DNA of 64,000 bases from Gammaproteobacteria bacterium (GTDB taxonomy: Bacteria; Pseudomonadota; Gammaproteobacteria; Eutrophobiales; Eutrophobiaceae), in the NCBI GenBank assembly GCA_965215365.1, contig CBDCDS010000003.1, positions 672,001 through 736,000 of the forward strand, written 5' to 3'. Positions 31,932 through 41,777 of the stretch are shown in pieces. The notes under the pieces were generated by a model. The model saw only the letters and a list, made by a program, of their open reading frames with translations. It was not told the origin of the DNA and did not search any database. Positions within the stretch are counted from its first letter, which is position 1. Each line of letters begins with the position of its first letter. Both the position numbers and the translations under genes were made by a program.

Positions 31932-34466
31932 ATGTCTGTGATAACCGCCAACTTTACGCGCGCGCTCGTGGCTGTCGGCCTGACGCTTGCCGGCGCCATA
32001 TCCACCCAGCCGGCGCTGGCACAGAAGGGCGAGGAACTGATCATTGAGGAAATTATTACCATCGGCAGCCGCAGCCAGAAGCCGCGTTCGGCCGTGACCT
32101 CAACCGCGCCCATAGACGTATTTTCCGCAGCGGATTTCAACCGCATCGGCAATGCCGCCGACATCACCGACAACCTGAGGGCGTTGACACCTTCCTTTAA
32201 CGCCACCACGGCCTCCGGAGATCAGGATACCTTCGTGCGACCCGTCTCCTTGCGCGGGCTGGCGCCGGACCAGACCTTAGTGATGATCAACGGCAAACGC
32301 CGCCACCGCGCGGCGCTGGTAGCCGAATTCACCCCCGGCGCCGGCAAGGGCGCGCACGGGCCCAATATCGGCATGATCCCGAGCATAGCGATTAAGAACG
32401 TGGAAATCCTGCGGGACGGCGCCGCCGCCCAGTATGGCGCCGATGCCATCGCCGGGGTCGTCAACTTCCAGATGAAGGACGCCGCAGAAGGCGGCGCATT
32501 GCGGGTACAATACGGCGAGTTTTACCAGGATGAACAGAGTTATAGGGTGGAGGGCAATATCGGCCTGCCGCTGGGCGCAAACGGTTTCATCAATGCCAGC
32601 ATGGAATACTCCGATAATGAGGCCCTGTCCCGCGGCCACCAGCGTCCCAATGCCCAGACCCTGATCGATAACGGCGTCGCCGTGGGTCAGGACACCCCGT
32701 TCGACGATGCGCCGCTGGCCCAGACCTGGGGGCGTCCGGCGTCCGCGAACATGTTGCTGTTCGTGAACGCCGGCTTGGCTGTCAGCGACCATGCCGAACT
32801 CTATCTGCACGGGAATTACGCCGAGACCGATGGGCGCTACCGTTTCTTTTTTCGCAACCCCGAGTTTCCGGCGGGTTGCAGCCTCAGCACCAGTACCACG
32901 CCTTGTGTCGTTGAGCCCCATTCACACCTGCGCCCGCTGCGGGCGGCGGGTCTGACCGGCGTACCGGCGGGGTTCACGCCGTATTTCGATGGCGACCATA
33001 CCGACTTCAGCGTAGTCGGCGGCGTCAAGGGCGACTTCAATGGTTTGTTCTACGATCTCAGCGTCGGCTACGGTGAGGACGATCTGGACTTTTACCTGCA
33101 CAATACCATCAGTCGCGATCCGGCCCTAGCTGTGAACGCCGATGGCAGCGCCGGTCAGCGTGGTTTCGATGTCGGCGCTTGGAGTCAGGAAGAAGTGAGC
33201 GTGAACCTGGACCTGTCCCGACAGCTCACCGAGCGTGTGCACTTTGCCACGGGTTTTGAATGGCGCGAGGAAACCTTCATCATCACCCCCGGTGAGCCCG
33301 CCTCCTGGTCCGGTGCCGGCGCCAGCGGCTTCAAGGGGTTCGTGCCCAGCGATTCGGGCTCTTTTGCGCGGGATAATTATGCACTTTACGGTGAACTGGA
33401 AGTAGAGCTGACCGACAGGATGTTGATGCAATACGCAGTGCGCTACGAGGACTTCTCGGACTTTGGCAGCACCATCAACGGCAAACTGGCGGCGCGTTAC
33501 GACCTGTTTGATTTCCTGACCCTGCGCGGCGCCGTGTCCACCGGCTTCCATGCGCCCACGCCCGGCCAGTCCAACGTGCGTAAAGTGACCACGACCTTCG
33601 ATGCCAACCTGAACGTTTCGGTGGAAGAGGGCACGCTTCCCCCCGGCCATCCGTTGGTGCAGGCGGCCGGCGGCGCGCCGTTAAAGGAGGAACAATCCGT
33701 CAACCTCAGCATGGGCTTTGCCGCCGACCTCACGGAGGTCTTCGGTGGCGCCTATACCACCCTGACCGTGGATTTTTACGAGATAAAAATCGACGACCGT
33801 ATCTACAAAACCAGTAGCGCCTTTCCGGCGCCCCATCCTGACAGCGTCACGCCGGATTGCAACGACGTAAGAGCGTTGTGCACCAACATTTCATTTTTCA
33901 CCAACGCCCTAGATATGGAGTCCCAGGGGGTGGACATAGTGCTGACCTCTGCCCTTAATTGGAGTGCTGCAGTCAGCACCGACCTCAGCTTTGCCTTTAG
34001 CTACAACGAAGTCGATGTGACCGGCCAGAACGCAATCAACGGCCAACTGCCCGTGTCCGCGGCGGCGGTGGAAGATATCGAACACAGTTATCCCAACGAG
34101 CGTTTCGTCATTACCGCCTTCACCACGTTCAGCGATAAAGCCGACCTGATGGTGCGCGCCAATTACTACGGTTCCCACTACGACCAGAATGGCCGCATTC
34201 ACGGCACGCCCCCCTCCGCCCTGCTGGGCGCGGAAGTCTTCGTTGACCTGGAACTGGGTTACAACTTCAACGACAACCTGCGCTTCGTGGTGGGTGGTTC
34301 CAACATCTTCGATGCGTTCGTCGACAAGATCCGCCCCACCGACACCTGCGGCAGCGAAGGTCTGACCTGCGCCAACCGCTGGAGTCAAGGCATGCCCTAC
34401 GCCCGCCGCGCCGCGGCTAACTACGAAGGCGGCTCCTGGTACGTGCGGGCCGGTTACAGCTGGTAG
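31932..34466 (+). CDS. TonB-dependent receptor
   Basis: Signal peptide, EEIITIGSR, LRGLAPDQTLVMINGKRRH, DGAAAQYGADAIAGVVN, terminal YVRAGYSW. Confidence 0.92.
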   Translation: MSVITANFTRALVAVGLTLAGAISTQPALAQKGEELIIEEIITIGSRSQKPRSAVTSTAPIDVFSAADFNRIGNAADITDNLRALTPSFNATTASGDQDTFVRPVSLRGLAPDQTLVMINGKRRHRAALVAEFTPGAGKGAHGPNIGMIPSIAIKNVEILRDGAAAQYGADAIAGVVNFQMKDAAEGGALRVQYGEFYQDEQSYRVEGNIGLPLGANGFINASMEYSDNEALSRGHQRPNAQTLIDNGVAVGQDTPFDDAPLAQTWGRPASANMLLFVNAGLAVSDHAELYLHGNYAETDGRYRFFFRNPEFPAGCSLSTSTTPCVVEPHSHLRPLRAAGLTGVPAGFTPYFDGDHTDFSVVGGVKGDFNGLFYDLSVGYGEDDLDFYLHNTISRDPALAVNADGSAGQRGFDVGAWSQEEVSVNLDLSRQLTERVHFATGFEWREETFIITPGEPASWSGAGASGFKGFVPSDSGSFARDNYALYGELEVELTDRMLMQYAVRYEDFSDFGSTINGKLAARYDLFDFLTLRGAVSTGFHAPTPGQSNVRKVTTTFDANLNVSVEEGTLPPGHPLVQAAGGAPLKEEQSVNLSMGFAADLTEVFGGAYTTLTVDFYEIKIDDRIYKTSSAFPAPHPDSVTPDCNDVRALCTNISFFTNALDMESQGVDIVLTSALNWSAAVSTDLSFAFSYNEVDVTGQNAINGQLPVSAAAVEDIEHSYPNERFVITAFTTFSDKADLMVRANYYGSHYDQNGRIHGTPPSALLGAEVFVDLELGYNFNDNLRFVVGGSNIFDAFVDKIRPTDTCGSEGLTCANRWSQGMPYARRAAANYEGGSWYVRAGYSW

Positions 34467-34479
34467 TGCTTGGATTCGT

Positions 34480-34690
34480 TCTCGGTAATGTCGTTCAATA
34501 TATGGAGCGGGAACATCCCAAACGATTTCGCGCGGTACTGAACGGGAGCGCAGAAAAGATTCCCGGTATTGACAAGATCGATACGGAGGGGACCAACGAC
34601 GGGCGATTACTACTTCGGTTCAACGACAAGGGTTTCCAGGACCCATTCTACGCGCAGCAGATGTCGGACGGGACATTAAAAGTGTTCGCT
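34480..34690 (+). pseudogene. Internal fragment of an ABC/AAA_21-type ATPase gene
   Basis: GNVVQYMEREHP.RF...IPGIDKID...DGRLLLRFND.GF.DPFYAQQMSDGTLKVFA; MSDGT signature present, Walker A and B absent. Confidence 0.65.
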
Positions 34691-34700
34691 TCGTATCCTG

Positions 34701-36278
34701 CTAGCGCTTGGCTGAACCCTGCGCTCTTGCCAACCATTTCAGCCCTGTTCTCAAGTAATGCCCCGGCGGCCCGAGTGCTTCGAGAGGCAGGTCGGTGCTT
34801 ACCCAGCCCAGTGATGCCGGACGCACCGCGGGTGGGGCGAAGTATATCGCTGCGATTAACGTTGCCAGCCAGACCAATACCTTGATAACAAGCGCCGGGA
34901 AATCCGGCAAGGCCAGGGTACGAGTCAGTTCTGTTGTCAGCAATAACACCATGGCGGTGCAGAGCGCTACCCATAAGGCCGGCACGCAGCAGTGCATGAA
35001 ACGGCGCGCGCCAAGTTTCAACAATGAAACCGATAACTGCGTCAATAGCAGGTAAGCGATAATCTGGGTGCTGACCACGACCATGACTACCTGCTCCAGA
35101 CCCCAGTGGCTGGCATACCAGGCACCAAGCACGACCAGCACGGCCTGCAAGCCCTGACGCCAAGCCAGACGATACACCGCGCCGACGGCGCTGATGCAGG
35201 CATGATTTAACACATCACACAGCTGAAACGGCATGGCAATCGCAAGCATCTGCAGCAGCACAATAACCGGTTCCCATTGTTCCCCCAGAATGACCAGAAC
35301 GATCTCCGGTGCGGCCAGGAACAGCATGACGCTCAAAGGCAATGCCAGCAGTGACAATATCTCCAGACCATGCCGGTAAACCGTTGTAAGGCGCTCAGTC
35401 CCATGCTGTCGCTGTGCCATGGCCGGAAACAATACTCGCAGCAAATTCTGACCGACGTAGTTTTTCGGCGCCAAAATAAGTCTATCAGCGCGTGTATAGT
35501 AGCCTAGCGCCGCCGCGCCCAGCCAGCGCCCGATGATGAAGTGGCTACCCTGACGGGCGATGAACTCAAACATCCTTGCCAGAGAAAAACCTGCGCCGGT
35601 GGACATCAGCTCTGTCGCTTCTCTCCCTGACCAACGTGGGTAAAGACGATGGCGTGTATAGCAAAGCGCCATGACCGTGTGGATCACCCGGTAGCTGAGC
35701 TCCCCCCAGACCAGTGACCACACGCCATAGCCCTGGTAAGCAAGCACGACGGCAGTAAATCCGTAACCGATACAGTAGGCGCTGACATCCACAATCATCA
35801 GAGCGCCGAAGCGCAGGTCACGACGTAACAAGTGAGCAGGGACACTGCCAATGCCGTTGATAACGAATATCGCCGACAAGGTCTGCAGGATATGTGTTGC
35901 GGTTGGCTGCTGGAAAAATTCCCCGATAACCGGCGCAGACAACCAAACCAGCCCGGTGAGCGCAGCGCCGATTGTGAGCGATAGCGTGCAGCCGGTTTGG
36001 ATATGACCCGAGCTCAGCTCAGACCGCTGGATAATTGCCGGGCCCACAAATGACTGGCCCAACCTGCTGCCCATGGTGATGAAAATCCAGGCAATGCCGA
36101 ACAGCCCGAATTCAACCGGTGTGAGCAGCCGGGCCAGGAGTACCAGCACCAGTAAAGACAGGAGCACCTTGATAAAGGCAGCCAGATAGGACCATCCCAG
36201 TCCGCTGAGCGTGCGTGCGCTCAGGCCTTGTTGCGGCCCGGCGCCAGCGCGGCCCGGCAATGGGTCGATGTGCATCAA
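34701..36278 (-). CDS. Wzx/WzxC-type polysaccharide flippase
   Basis: LARLLTPVEFG, LLRRDLRF, GYGVWSLV, LGYYTRA, VLFPA, ILGEQW; many hydrophobic helices. Confidence 0.85.
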   Translation of the reverse strand: MMHIDPLPGRAGAGPQQGLSARTLSGLGWSYLAAFIKVLLSLLVLVLLARLLTPVEFGLFGIAWIFITMGSRLGQSFVGPAIIQRSELSSGHIQTGCTLSLTIGAALTGLVWLSAPVIGEFFQQPTATHILQTLSAIFVINGIGSVPAHLLRRDLRFGALMIVDVSAYCIGYGFTAVVLAYQGYGVWSLVWGELSYRVIHTVMALCYTRHRLYPRWSGREATELMSTGAGFSLARMFEFIARQGSHFIIGRWLGAAALGYYTRADRLILAPKNYVGQNLLRVLFPAMAQRQHGTERLTTVYRHGLEILSLLALPLSVMLFLAAPEIVLVILGEQWEPVIVLLQMLAIAMPFQLCDVLNHACISAVGAVYRLAWRQGLQAVLVVLGAWYASHWGLEQVVMVVVSTQIIAYLLLTQLSVSLLKLGARRFMHCCVPALWVALCTAMVLLLTTELTRTLALPDFPALVIKVLVWLATLIAAIYFAPPAVRPASLGWVSTDLPLEALGPPGHYLRTGLKWLARAQGSAKR

Positions 36279-36325
36279 GTGACAAGAGTCCGATAGAGGT
36301 CGCTCATCGTCGCCGCCGCGGCCTG

Positions 36326-36667
36326 CTAGGTATAACGCTCGGTAACCAGTTTGTGTCCCTGCTCGCCCATGCTCCGGCGCAGCTCCTTATCGGTCAGCAG
36401 TTGCTCCATGGCGTGGGCAATGGATGCTGTATCAGCTTCGGCGCTGAGCCCCGCCCCGTATTCCGAGATCTCCGGGAACTCGCATCCCGTGGTGATGACC
36501 ACCGGCACGCGCGCCGCCAATGCTTCCAGTACGGCAATGCCCAGCATCTCTTGCCCGGCAAGCGCCGCAGCCAGTTCCGCCACCGCAGGCGCCGGCCCGC
36601 CCCATGCCGGTGACATACTCGGCGTAACGTGAAGTACCTTCAACTTCTCCTCGGTTTTCTGGCGCAT
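36326..36667 (-). pseudogene. GT4 glycosyltransferase with a large in-frame internal deletion
   Basis: N-terminal KVLHVTPS....GGP...V.ELA.AL joined directly to C-terminal E..GIAVLEALA..VPVV.T; only 113 aa. Confidence 0.8.
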
Positions 36668-36752
36668 AATTTAACGAATTATCGTATTAACGGAGCCATT
36701 ATAATCGTTTGGGTAATTGGCTGGGCTACTCAATGCCTGATAAAATCGGCCA

Positions 36753-38075
36753 ATGTCCAACCGGCGTAAGCAACGTGCAGCCATCCCCCTCCCGGCGTCC
36801 ATAACATCCCTCGCCCACGAAGGCCGGGGCATTGCCCGTATCAACGGCAAGACCGTATTGATTGACGGTGCGCTGGCGGGGGAACAGGTGCGGTTTCTCT
36901 ACACCAGAAAGCGCGGGCAGTTTGCTGAGGGGCGTACGGTTGAAGTGCTGAAGCCGTCGGCCTTGCGGGTGGCGCCGCGCTGCCCCCACTATGGCTTATG
37001 CGGCGGTTGCAGCCTGATGCACCTGGACGGTGACGAGCAGATTTTGCATAAGCAAGCAGTGTTGCTGGAACAACTGCGGCACTGCGGCGGGCTGGAGCCA
37101 GAACAGGTGCTGCCGCCAATGTCGGCGGCACGCTGGGGCTATCGGCGCAAGGCCCGGCTGGGGGTGAAATACGTCGCCGGCAAGGGCAAGGTGCTGGTCG
37201 GTTTCAGAGAGAAACACAGCAGTTTTATTGCCGACATTGATTCCTGCGAAGTCCTGCACCCGTTGCTTGGCAAGACTATCGGGCAACTCAAGGAACTGCT
37301 GCACAAGCTGTCGGTGTACCGACAGATACCGCAGTTGGAAGTGGCTGTGAGCGATACGGTGGCCGCCGTCGTAATACGGCATCTGGCGCCCTTGACCGAC
37401 GCTGACAGAAGCATCCTGGCCGACTATGAGGCCGGGCGCCCGCTCAGGTTTTACCTGCAACCTAGCGGGCCTGACAGTGTGCACAGTCTGTCTGAGCGGC
37501 CCGAACAGAGTTTGTATTACCGGCTGGATAATCACGACCTCACCGTGGAGTTCCTGCCCATGGATTTCACCCAGGTAAATTTCGAGCTCAACGCCCTGCT
37601 GGTCGATCGGGTTATCGAACTGCTGGAGCCGGGCGCCACGGACACGCTGCTGGACCTGTTCTGTGGACTGGGCAACTTTACCCTTGCCGGTGCCAGATAT
37701 GCGCGGCGCGCCATCGGGCTGGAGGGTGCGCCGGAACTGGTGCGCCGGGCGCAGGAGAACGCACGTAACAACAGGCTCGCCAATGTCGATTTCAGCGTGT
37801 GCGACCTGTCCAAACCCGACCGGTGCGCTGAGCTGAACAGGTTTGAGCACAACAAGGTGCTGCTGGACCCGCCGCGCAGCGGCGCGCGCGAGGTGATCGA
37901 ACAGCTGGACCTGCGGCAGGTGGAAAAGCTGGTATATGTTTCCTGCAACCCGGCGACCCTGGCCCGGGACGCCGGCATCCTGGTCAATAAAGGAGGATTA
38001 AAACTGGTCGCGGCCGGGGTTATGGACATGTTTCCCCACACTGCCCATGTTGAATCCATCGCCTTGTTTGCGTAG
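36753..38075 (+). CDS. rlmD: 23S rRNA m5U1939 methyltransferase
   Basis: TRAM domain, CPHYGLCGGC, FTQVN, DLFCGLGNF, LDPPRSG, YVSCNP, MFPHTAHVE. Confidence 0.95.
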   Translation: MSNRRKQRAAIPLPASITSLAHEGRGIARINGKTVLIDGALAGEQVRFLYTRKRGQFAEGRTVEVLKPSALRVAPRCPHYGLCGGCSLMHLDGDEQILHKQAVLLEQLRHCGGLEPEQVLPPMSAARWGYRRKARLGVKYVAGKGKVLVGFREKHSSFIADIDSCEVLHPLLGKTIGQLKELLHKLSVYRQIPQLEVAVSDTVAAVVIRHLAPLTDADRSILADYEAGRPLRFYLQPSGPDSVHSLSERPEQSLYYRLDNHDLTVEFLPMDFTQVNFELNALLVDRVIELLEPGATDTLLDLFCGLGNFTLAGARYARRAIGLEGAPELVRRAQENARNNRLANVDFSVCDLSKPDRCAELNRFEHNKVLLDPPRSGAREVIEQLDLRQVEKLVYVSCNPATLARDAGILVNKGGLKLVAAGVMDMFPHTAHVESIALFA

Positions 38076-38085
38076 GGTAAGGCCC

Positions 38086-38589
38086 ATGAGCGCCCAAAAT
38101 TACAAGATCGACATTGACCTGACCCGGCAGGCGTTACAGCTGCTGGGAGCGGCTGGCGTGGTGCGCGAGTACCCGGTATCGACCGGAAAAAACGGTATCG
38201 GCGAACAGCTTGACAGCGGTTGCACGCCACGTGGCCGACACCGCATCGCGGCGCTGATCGGCGCCGGCTGCCGGCCCAATACGGTGTTTGTCGGCAGGAC
38301 GCCAACCGGGGAGCTGTATGACCCGACACTACGCCGACGTTACCCCGACCGGGATTGGATTCTCACCCGCATCATCTGGTTGCGCGGTGAGGAACCGGGA
38401 TTTAATCAGGGGGGCGCGGTAGATACTTACCACCGCTATATTTACATCCATGGCGCGCCCGACGAGGCGCCGATGGGCGTGCCCGGTTCCGCCGGGTGCA
38501 TACGCATGCGCAACCATGACGTGATGGAATTATTCGGCCTGGTCAGTGAAGGGGGTGAAGTAAACCTGTTCGAGTCCGGTCATGGGTGA
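38086..38589 (+). CDS. L,D-transpeptidase (YkuD) family protein
   Basis: YPVSTG, TPRG, IYIHG...SAGCIRM. Confidence 0.88.
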   Translation: MSAQNYKIDIDLTRQALQLLGAAGVVREYPVSTGKNGIGEQLDSGCTPRGRHRIAALIGAGCRPNTVFVGRTPTGELYDPTLRRRYPDRDWILTRIIWLRGEEPGFNQGGAVDTYHRYIYIHGAPDEAPMGVPGSAGCIRMRNHDVMELFGLVSEGGEVNLFESGHG

Positions 38590-39565
38590 CAAAACGGTGC
38601 TGCTGACCGGTGGGGCCGGTTATATCGGCAGCCACGTTGCCCTGGACCTGCTGCAGGAAGGCTACGAGGTCATTGTCTTAGATGACTTGTCCCGGGGTTT
38701 TGCCGCAGCGGTTAGCGGTTGTGAACTGATTCAGGGCGACACCGGCAACAAGGAGCTGTTGGGGCTGCTGCTGGACAAACGCCAGATCGGCGCGGTGATG
38801 CACTTTGCCGGCTCTACCATCGTGCCGGAGTCTGTTGCCAACCCGCTGCAATACTACGCAAACAACACCGTCAAGTCGCGCGCTCTGATAGAGGTGTGCG
38901 TGCAGACCGGTGTCAAACACTTCGTGTTCTCCTCCACCGCGGCGGTATATGGCATCCCGGAATCCGGTCAGGCTACCCTGCAAACCCCCACCGAACCCGT
39001 GAACCCTTATGGGCGGTCCAAGCTCATGACCGAGCTCATGCTCCGGGACGTAGCCGCTATCGCGCCCCTGACCTACACTACCTTGCGCTACTTCAACGTG
39101 GCCGGCGCCGACCCGCAAGGCCGCATTGGGCAGTCCACCCCGGATTGCACCCTGTTAATCAAGGTTGCCTGTGCCACCGCCTTGGGCCGCCGCCGGCAAC
39201 TGCACATCTACGGCACGGATTATCCGACCCCGGACGGCACCGGTATCAGAGACTATATCCACGTCAGCGATCTGGCCGCCGCGCATGTTCTGGCGCTGCA
39301 GCGCCTGCAGGGTGGCGGCGAGTCCATCACCCTGAATTGCGGCTATGGTCACGGTTACAGCGTTTGGGAAGTGGTGCGGGCGGTGGAGCAGGTGCATGGC
39401 AGCCCCATCCCCGTTGTTGAGTCGGAACGGCGCCGCGGCGACCCGCCCACCCTGATCGCAGACCCCAGCTTGGCGCAGGAGGCTCTGGACTGGCAGCCGC
39501 GTTATGACGATTTGGAGTTTATGGTTCGCAGCAGCTATGACTGGGAGAGAAAACCGCGGTATTAA
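38582..39565 (+). CDS. galE: UDP-glucose 4-epimerase
   Basis: TGGAGYIGSH, FSSTAAVYG, PYGRSK, LRYFNVAGA, RDYIHVSDL. Confidence 0.95.
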   Translation: MGDKTVLLTGGAGYIGSHVALDLLQEGYEVIVLDDLSRGFAAAVSGCELIQGDTGNKELLGLLLDKRQIGAVMHFAGSTIVPESVANPLQYYANNTVKSRALIEVCVQTGVKHFVFSSTAAVYGIPESGQATLQTPTEPVNPYGRSKLMTELMLRDVAAIAPLTYTTLRYFNVAGADPQGRIGQSTPDCTLLIKVACATALGRRRQLHIYGTDYPTPDGTGIRDYIHVSDLAAAHVLALQRLQGGGESITLNCGYGHGYSVWEVVRAVEQVHGSPIPVVESERRRGDPPTLIADPSLAQEALDWQPRYDDLEFMVRSSYDWERKPRY

Positions 39566-40347
39566 CCGGCATCATCATTCCACGCCTCAAGAAACGCCCG
39601 CAGGTGTGGCTTGTCCTCCTGCGCCAGCTTGTGCCGCAGTAACTCACACGCATCCCGGTAACCTTGCTCTGAATGCCGCCCACTGATAAGCAAGTAGCGC
39701 AGATAGACCAGGTAAGTATTGAGCACATCTGTCTCACAGTAATCCCGGATGGCTTCAATGTCACCCGCCAGATAGCGCTCCCATACCTTGTTGCCGGCCA
39801 TGCCCATCTTGCCCGGGAAGCCCAGCATGGTGGCAATCGCGTCCAGTGGCGCCGCCGCGCGCAGTTCATAGCCGGCCAGCACATCCATCAAATCGGTATG
39901 GCGCTGGTGAAAACGGTTGATGTAGTTGTTCCAGCGGAAGCTCTGGTCATCAGCGCCGGTTTCCCAATACCTGGGCGCCTGGACACCATGCAACAGTGAG
40001 CGGTAATGCAGCACCGGCAGGTCGAAGCCGCGCCCGTTCCAGGATACCAGCGTGGGCGTGTATCTTTCTATGCCGTCAAAAAAACGTTGCAGCAGTTCTG
40101 CTTCGGGCGACTCCGGCGTCCCCAGTGACCAGACACTGACCCCATCACGAGTTGCCAGTACCACTGAGATCGCCACCACCCGGTGCAGGTGCAAGCGCAG
40201 CAGGTCGGACGCGTTGTCGGTCTCCTGGCGCCGTAGTTTGAACATGGCCGCAGCTGCGTCCTGGTCGGAAAGACCCTCAAATCCGTGCAGGCACCGTCCG
40301 CTTTCGACATCGGGTATGGTTTCTATGTCAAAGACCAGGATATTCAT
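39562..40347 (-). CDS. Predicted 3'-5' exonuclease related to the PolB exonuclease domain
   Basis: VFDIETIPD, SWNGRGFDLP, YCETDVLNT. Confidence 0.88.
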   Translation of the reverse strand: MNILVFDIETIPDVESGRCLHGFEGLSDQDAAAAMFKLRRQETDNASDLLRLHLHRVVAISVVLATRDGVSVWSLGTPESPEAELLQRFFDGIERYTPTLVSWNGRGFDLPVLHYRSLLHGVQAPRYWETGADDQSFRWNNYINRFHQRHTDLMDVLAGYELRAAAPLDAIATMLGFPGKMGMAGNKVWERYLAGDIEAIRDYCETDVLNTYLVYLRYLLISGRHSEQGYRDACELLRHKLAQEDKPHLRAFLEAWNDDAG

Positions 40348-40367
40348 CGTGTTCAGTTAATCCGGGG

Positions 40368-41297
40368 TCAGTCCGGGAAGACACCGGAGGAAAGATAACG
40401 GTCGCCGCGGTCGCAGATGATCACGACAATAGTGGCGTTTTCCAGCCCCTCGGCCAGACGCAGCGCCGCTGACACCGCGCCGCCGGAGGAAATGCCGGCA
40501 AAGATACCCTCCTCAGCCGCCAGCTGTCGGGTCATGTCTTCGGCTTCCTCGGGCGTCACGTCAATGACTCGATCCACCCGTTCCCGCTGGAAGATCCTGG
40601 GCAGATATTCCTTCGGCCAACGCCGGATACCGGGGATACTTTCATCACCGGCAGGCTGCACCCCGATAATCTGTACCTGATCATTCTTTTCCTTCAAATA
40701 TTTCGAGACGCCCATGATTGTTCCGGTGGTGCCCATGGCGCTGACAAAATGAGTCACGCGGCCCTGCGTGTCGCGCCAGATTTCCGGCCCCGTACCTTCA
40801 TAATGGGCCAGCGGATTATCCGGGTTGGCAAACTGGTCCAGGATCTTGCCCTTGCCTGCCCGTTCCATTGCCTCAGCCAGGTCGCGCGCGCCTTCCATGC
40901 CTTCTGCTTTGGTAACCAGCACCAGTTCTGCGCCAAAGGCACGCATGGTGCGGCGCCGTTCAACACTCAGGTTGTCCGGCATGATCAGGATCATCCGGTA
41001 ACCGCGCATGGCGGCCGCCATCGCCAGGGCGATACCGGTGTTGCCGCTGGTCGCTTCGAGCAGCACCTCGCCGGGCTTGAGCTCCCCGCGCGCCTCCGCC
41101 CGCCGGATCATACTCAATGCCGGCCGGTCCTTCACCGACCCTGCGGGGTTATTGCCCTCCAGCTTGGCCAGGATGGTATTGGAAGTCTCGCCGGGCAGGC
41201 GTTGCAGCCTCACCAGCGGGGTATTGCCGACGCTGGCATCGACGGTCGGATAGTCAGCCGGCGTCAGCACAGAGCTTGCCTTGCGCCACTGCTTCAC
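40368..41297 (-). CDS. cysM: Cysteine synthase B
   Basis: NPAGSVKDR, EATSGNTG, MGTTGT, IPGIRRWP, DRGDRYLS. Confidence 0.95.
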   Translation of the reverse strand: MKQWRKASSVLTPADYPTVDASVGNTPLVRLQRLPGETSNTILAKLEGNNPAGSVKDRPALSMIRRAEARGELKPGEVLLEATSGNTGIALAMAAAMRGYRMILIMPDNLSVERRRTMRAFGAELVLVTKAEGMEGARDLAEAMERAGKGKILDQFANPDNPLAHYEGTGPEIWRDTQGRVTHFVSAMGTTGTIMGVSKYLKEKNDQVQIIGVQPAGDESIPGIRRWPKEYLPRIFQRERVDRVIDVTPEEAEDMTRQLAAEEGIFAGISSGGAVSAALRLAEGLENATIVVIICDRGDRYLSSGVFPD

Positions 41298-41306
41298 GCC
41301 ATTTCT

Positions 41307-41777
41307 TCACATCATTTCCCTGGCCATGATGATGGCATCTTCCCGTCCGAATCCGGCGGGATAATAACCGGCGCGCAGGCCCACTTCCACAAACCCGCGC
41401 CGTTCATAAAAGCTGCGTGCGCCGGCATTGGATGTTCTCACCTCCAGAAACGTGGCGGCTGCCTCACGCTTTCCGGCATAATCCAGCATGGACTTCAATA
41501 AATGATCACCCAGCCCCATACTCTGCCGCTCCGGATCTACGCATAAATTCAACAGGTGCGCTTCGTGCGCGCCCAGGGTCATGATCGCATACGCGGCGAT
41601 TTTTCCTTTCAATTCCAGCACCCGGCAACAATAGTTGTCACGCAGACAGCCCTTGAAGATATTCCTGTTCCAGGGAAACGCGTACGCTGCAATTTCAATT
41701 TGCAATATCTCACCCAAATCCGCCTCCAGCATAGGGCGCAGGTTCATTCGCATCTCATCCGGCGTCGCGGCCTTCAT
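41307..41777 (-). CDS. rimI: Ribosomal protein S18 alanine N-acetyltransferase
   Basis: FPW, HLLNLCV, FLEVR.SN..A..FY...GF..VG.R..YY, EDAIIM. Confidence 0.92.
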   Translation of the reverse strand: MKAATPDEMRMNLRPMLEADLGEILQIEIAAYAFPWNRNIFKGCLRDNYCCRVLELKGKIAAYAIMTLGAHEAHLLNLCVDPERQSMGLGDHLLKSMLDYAGKREAAATFLEVRTSNAGARSFYERRGFVEVGLRAGYYPAGFGREDAIIMAREMM

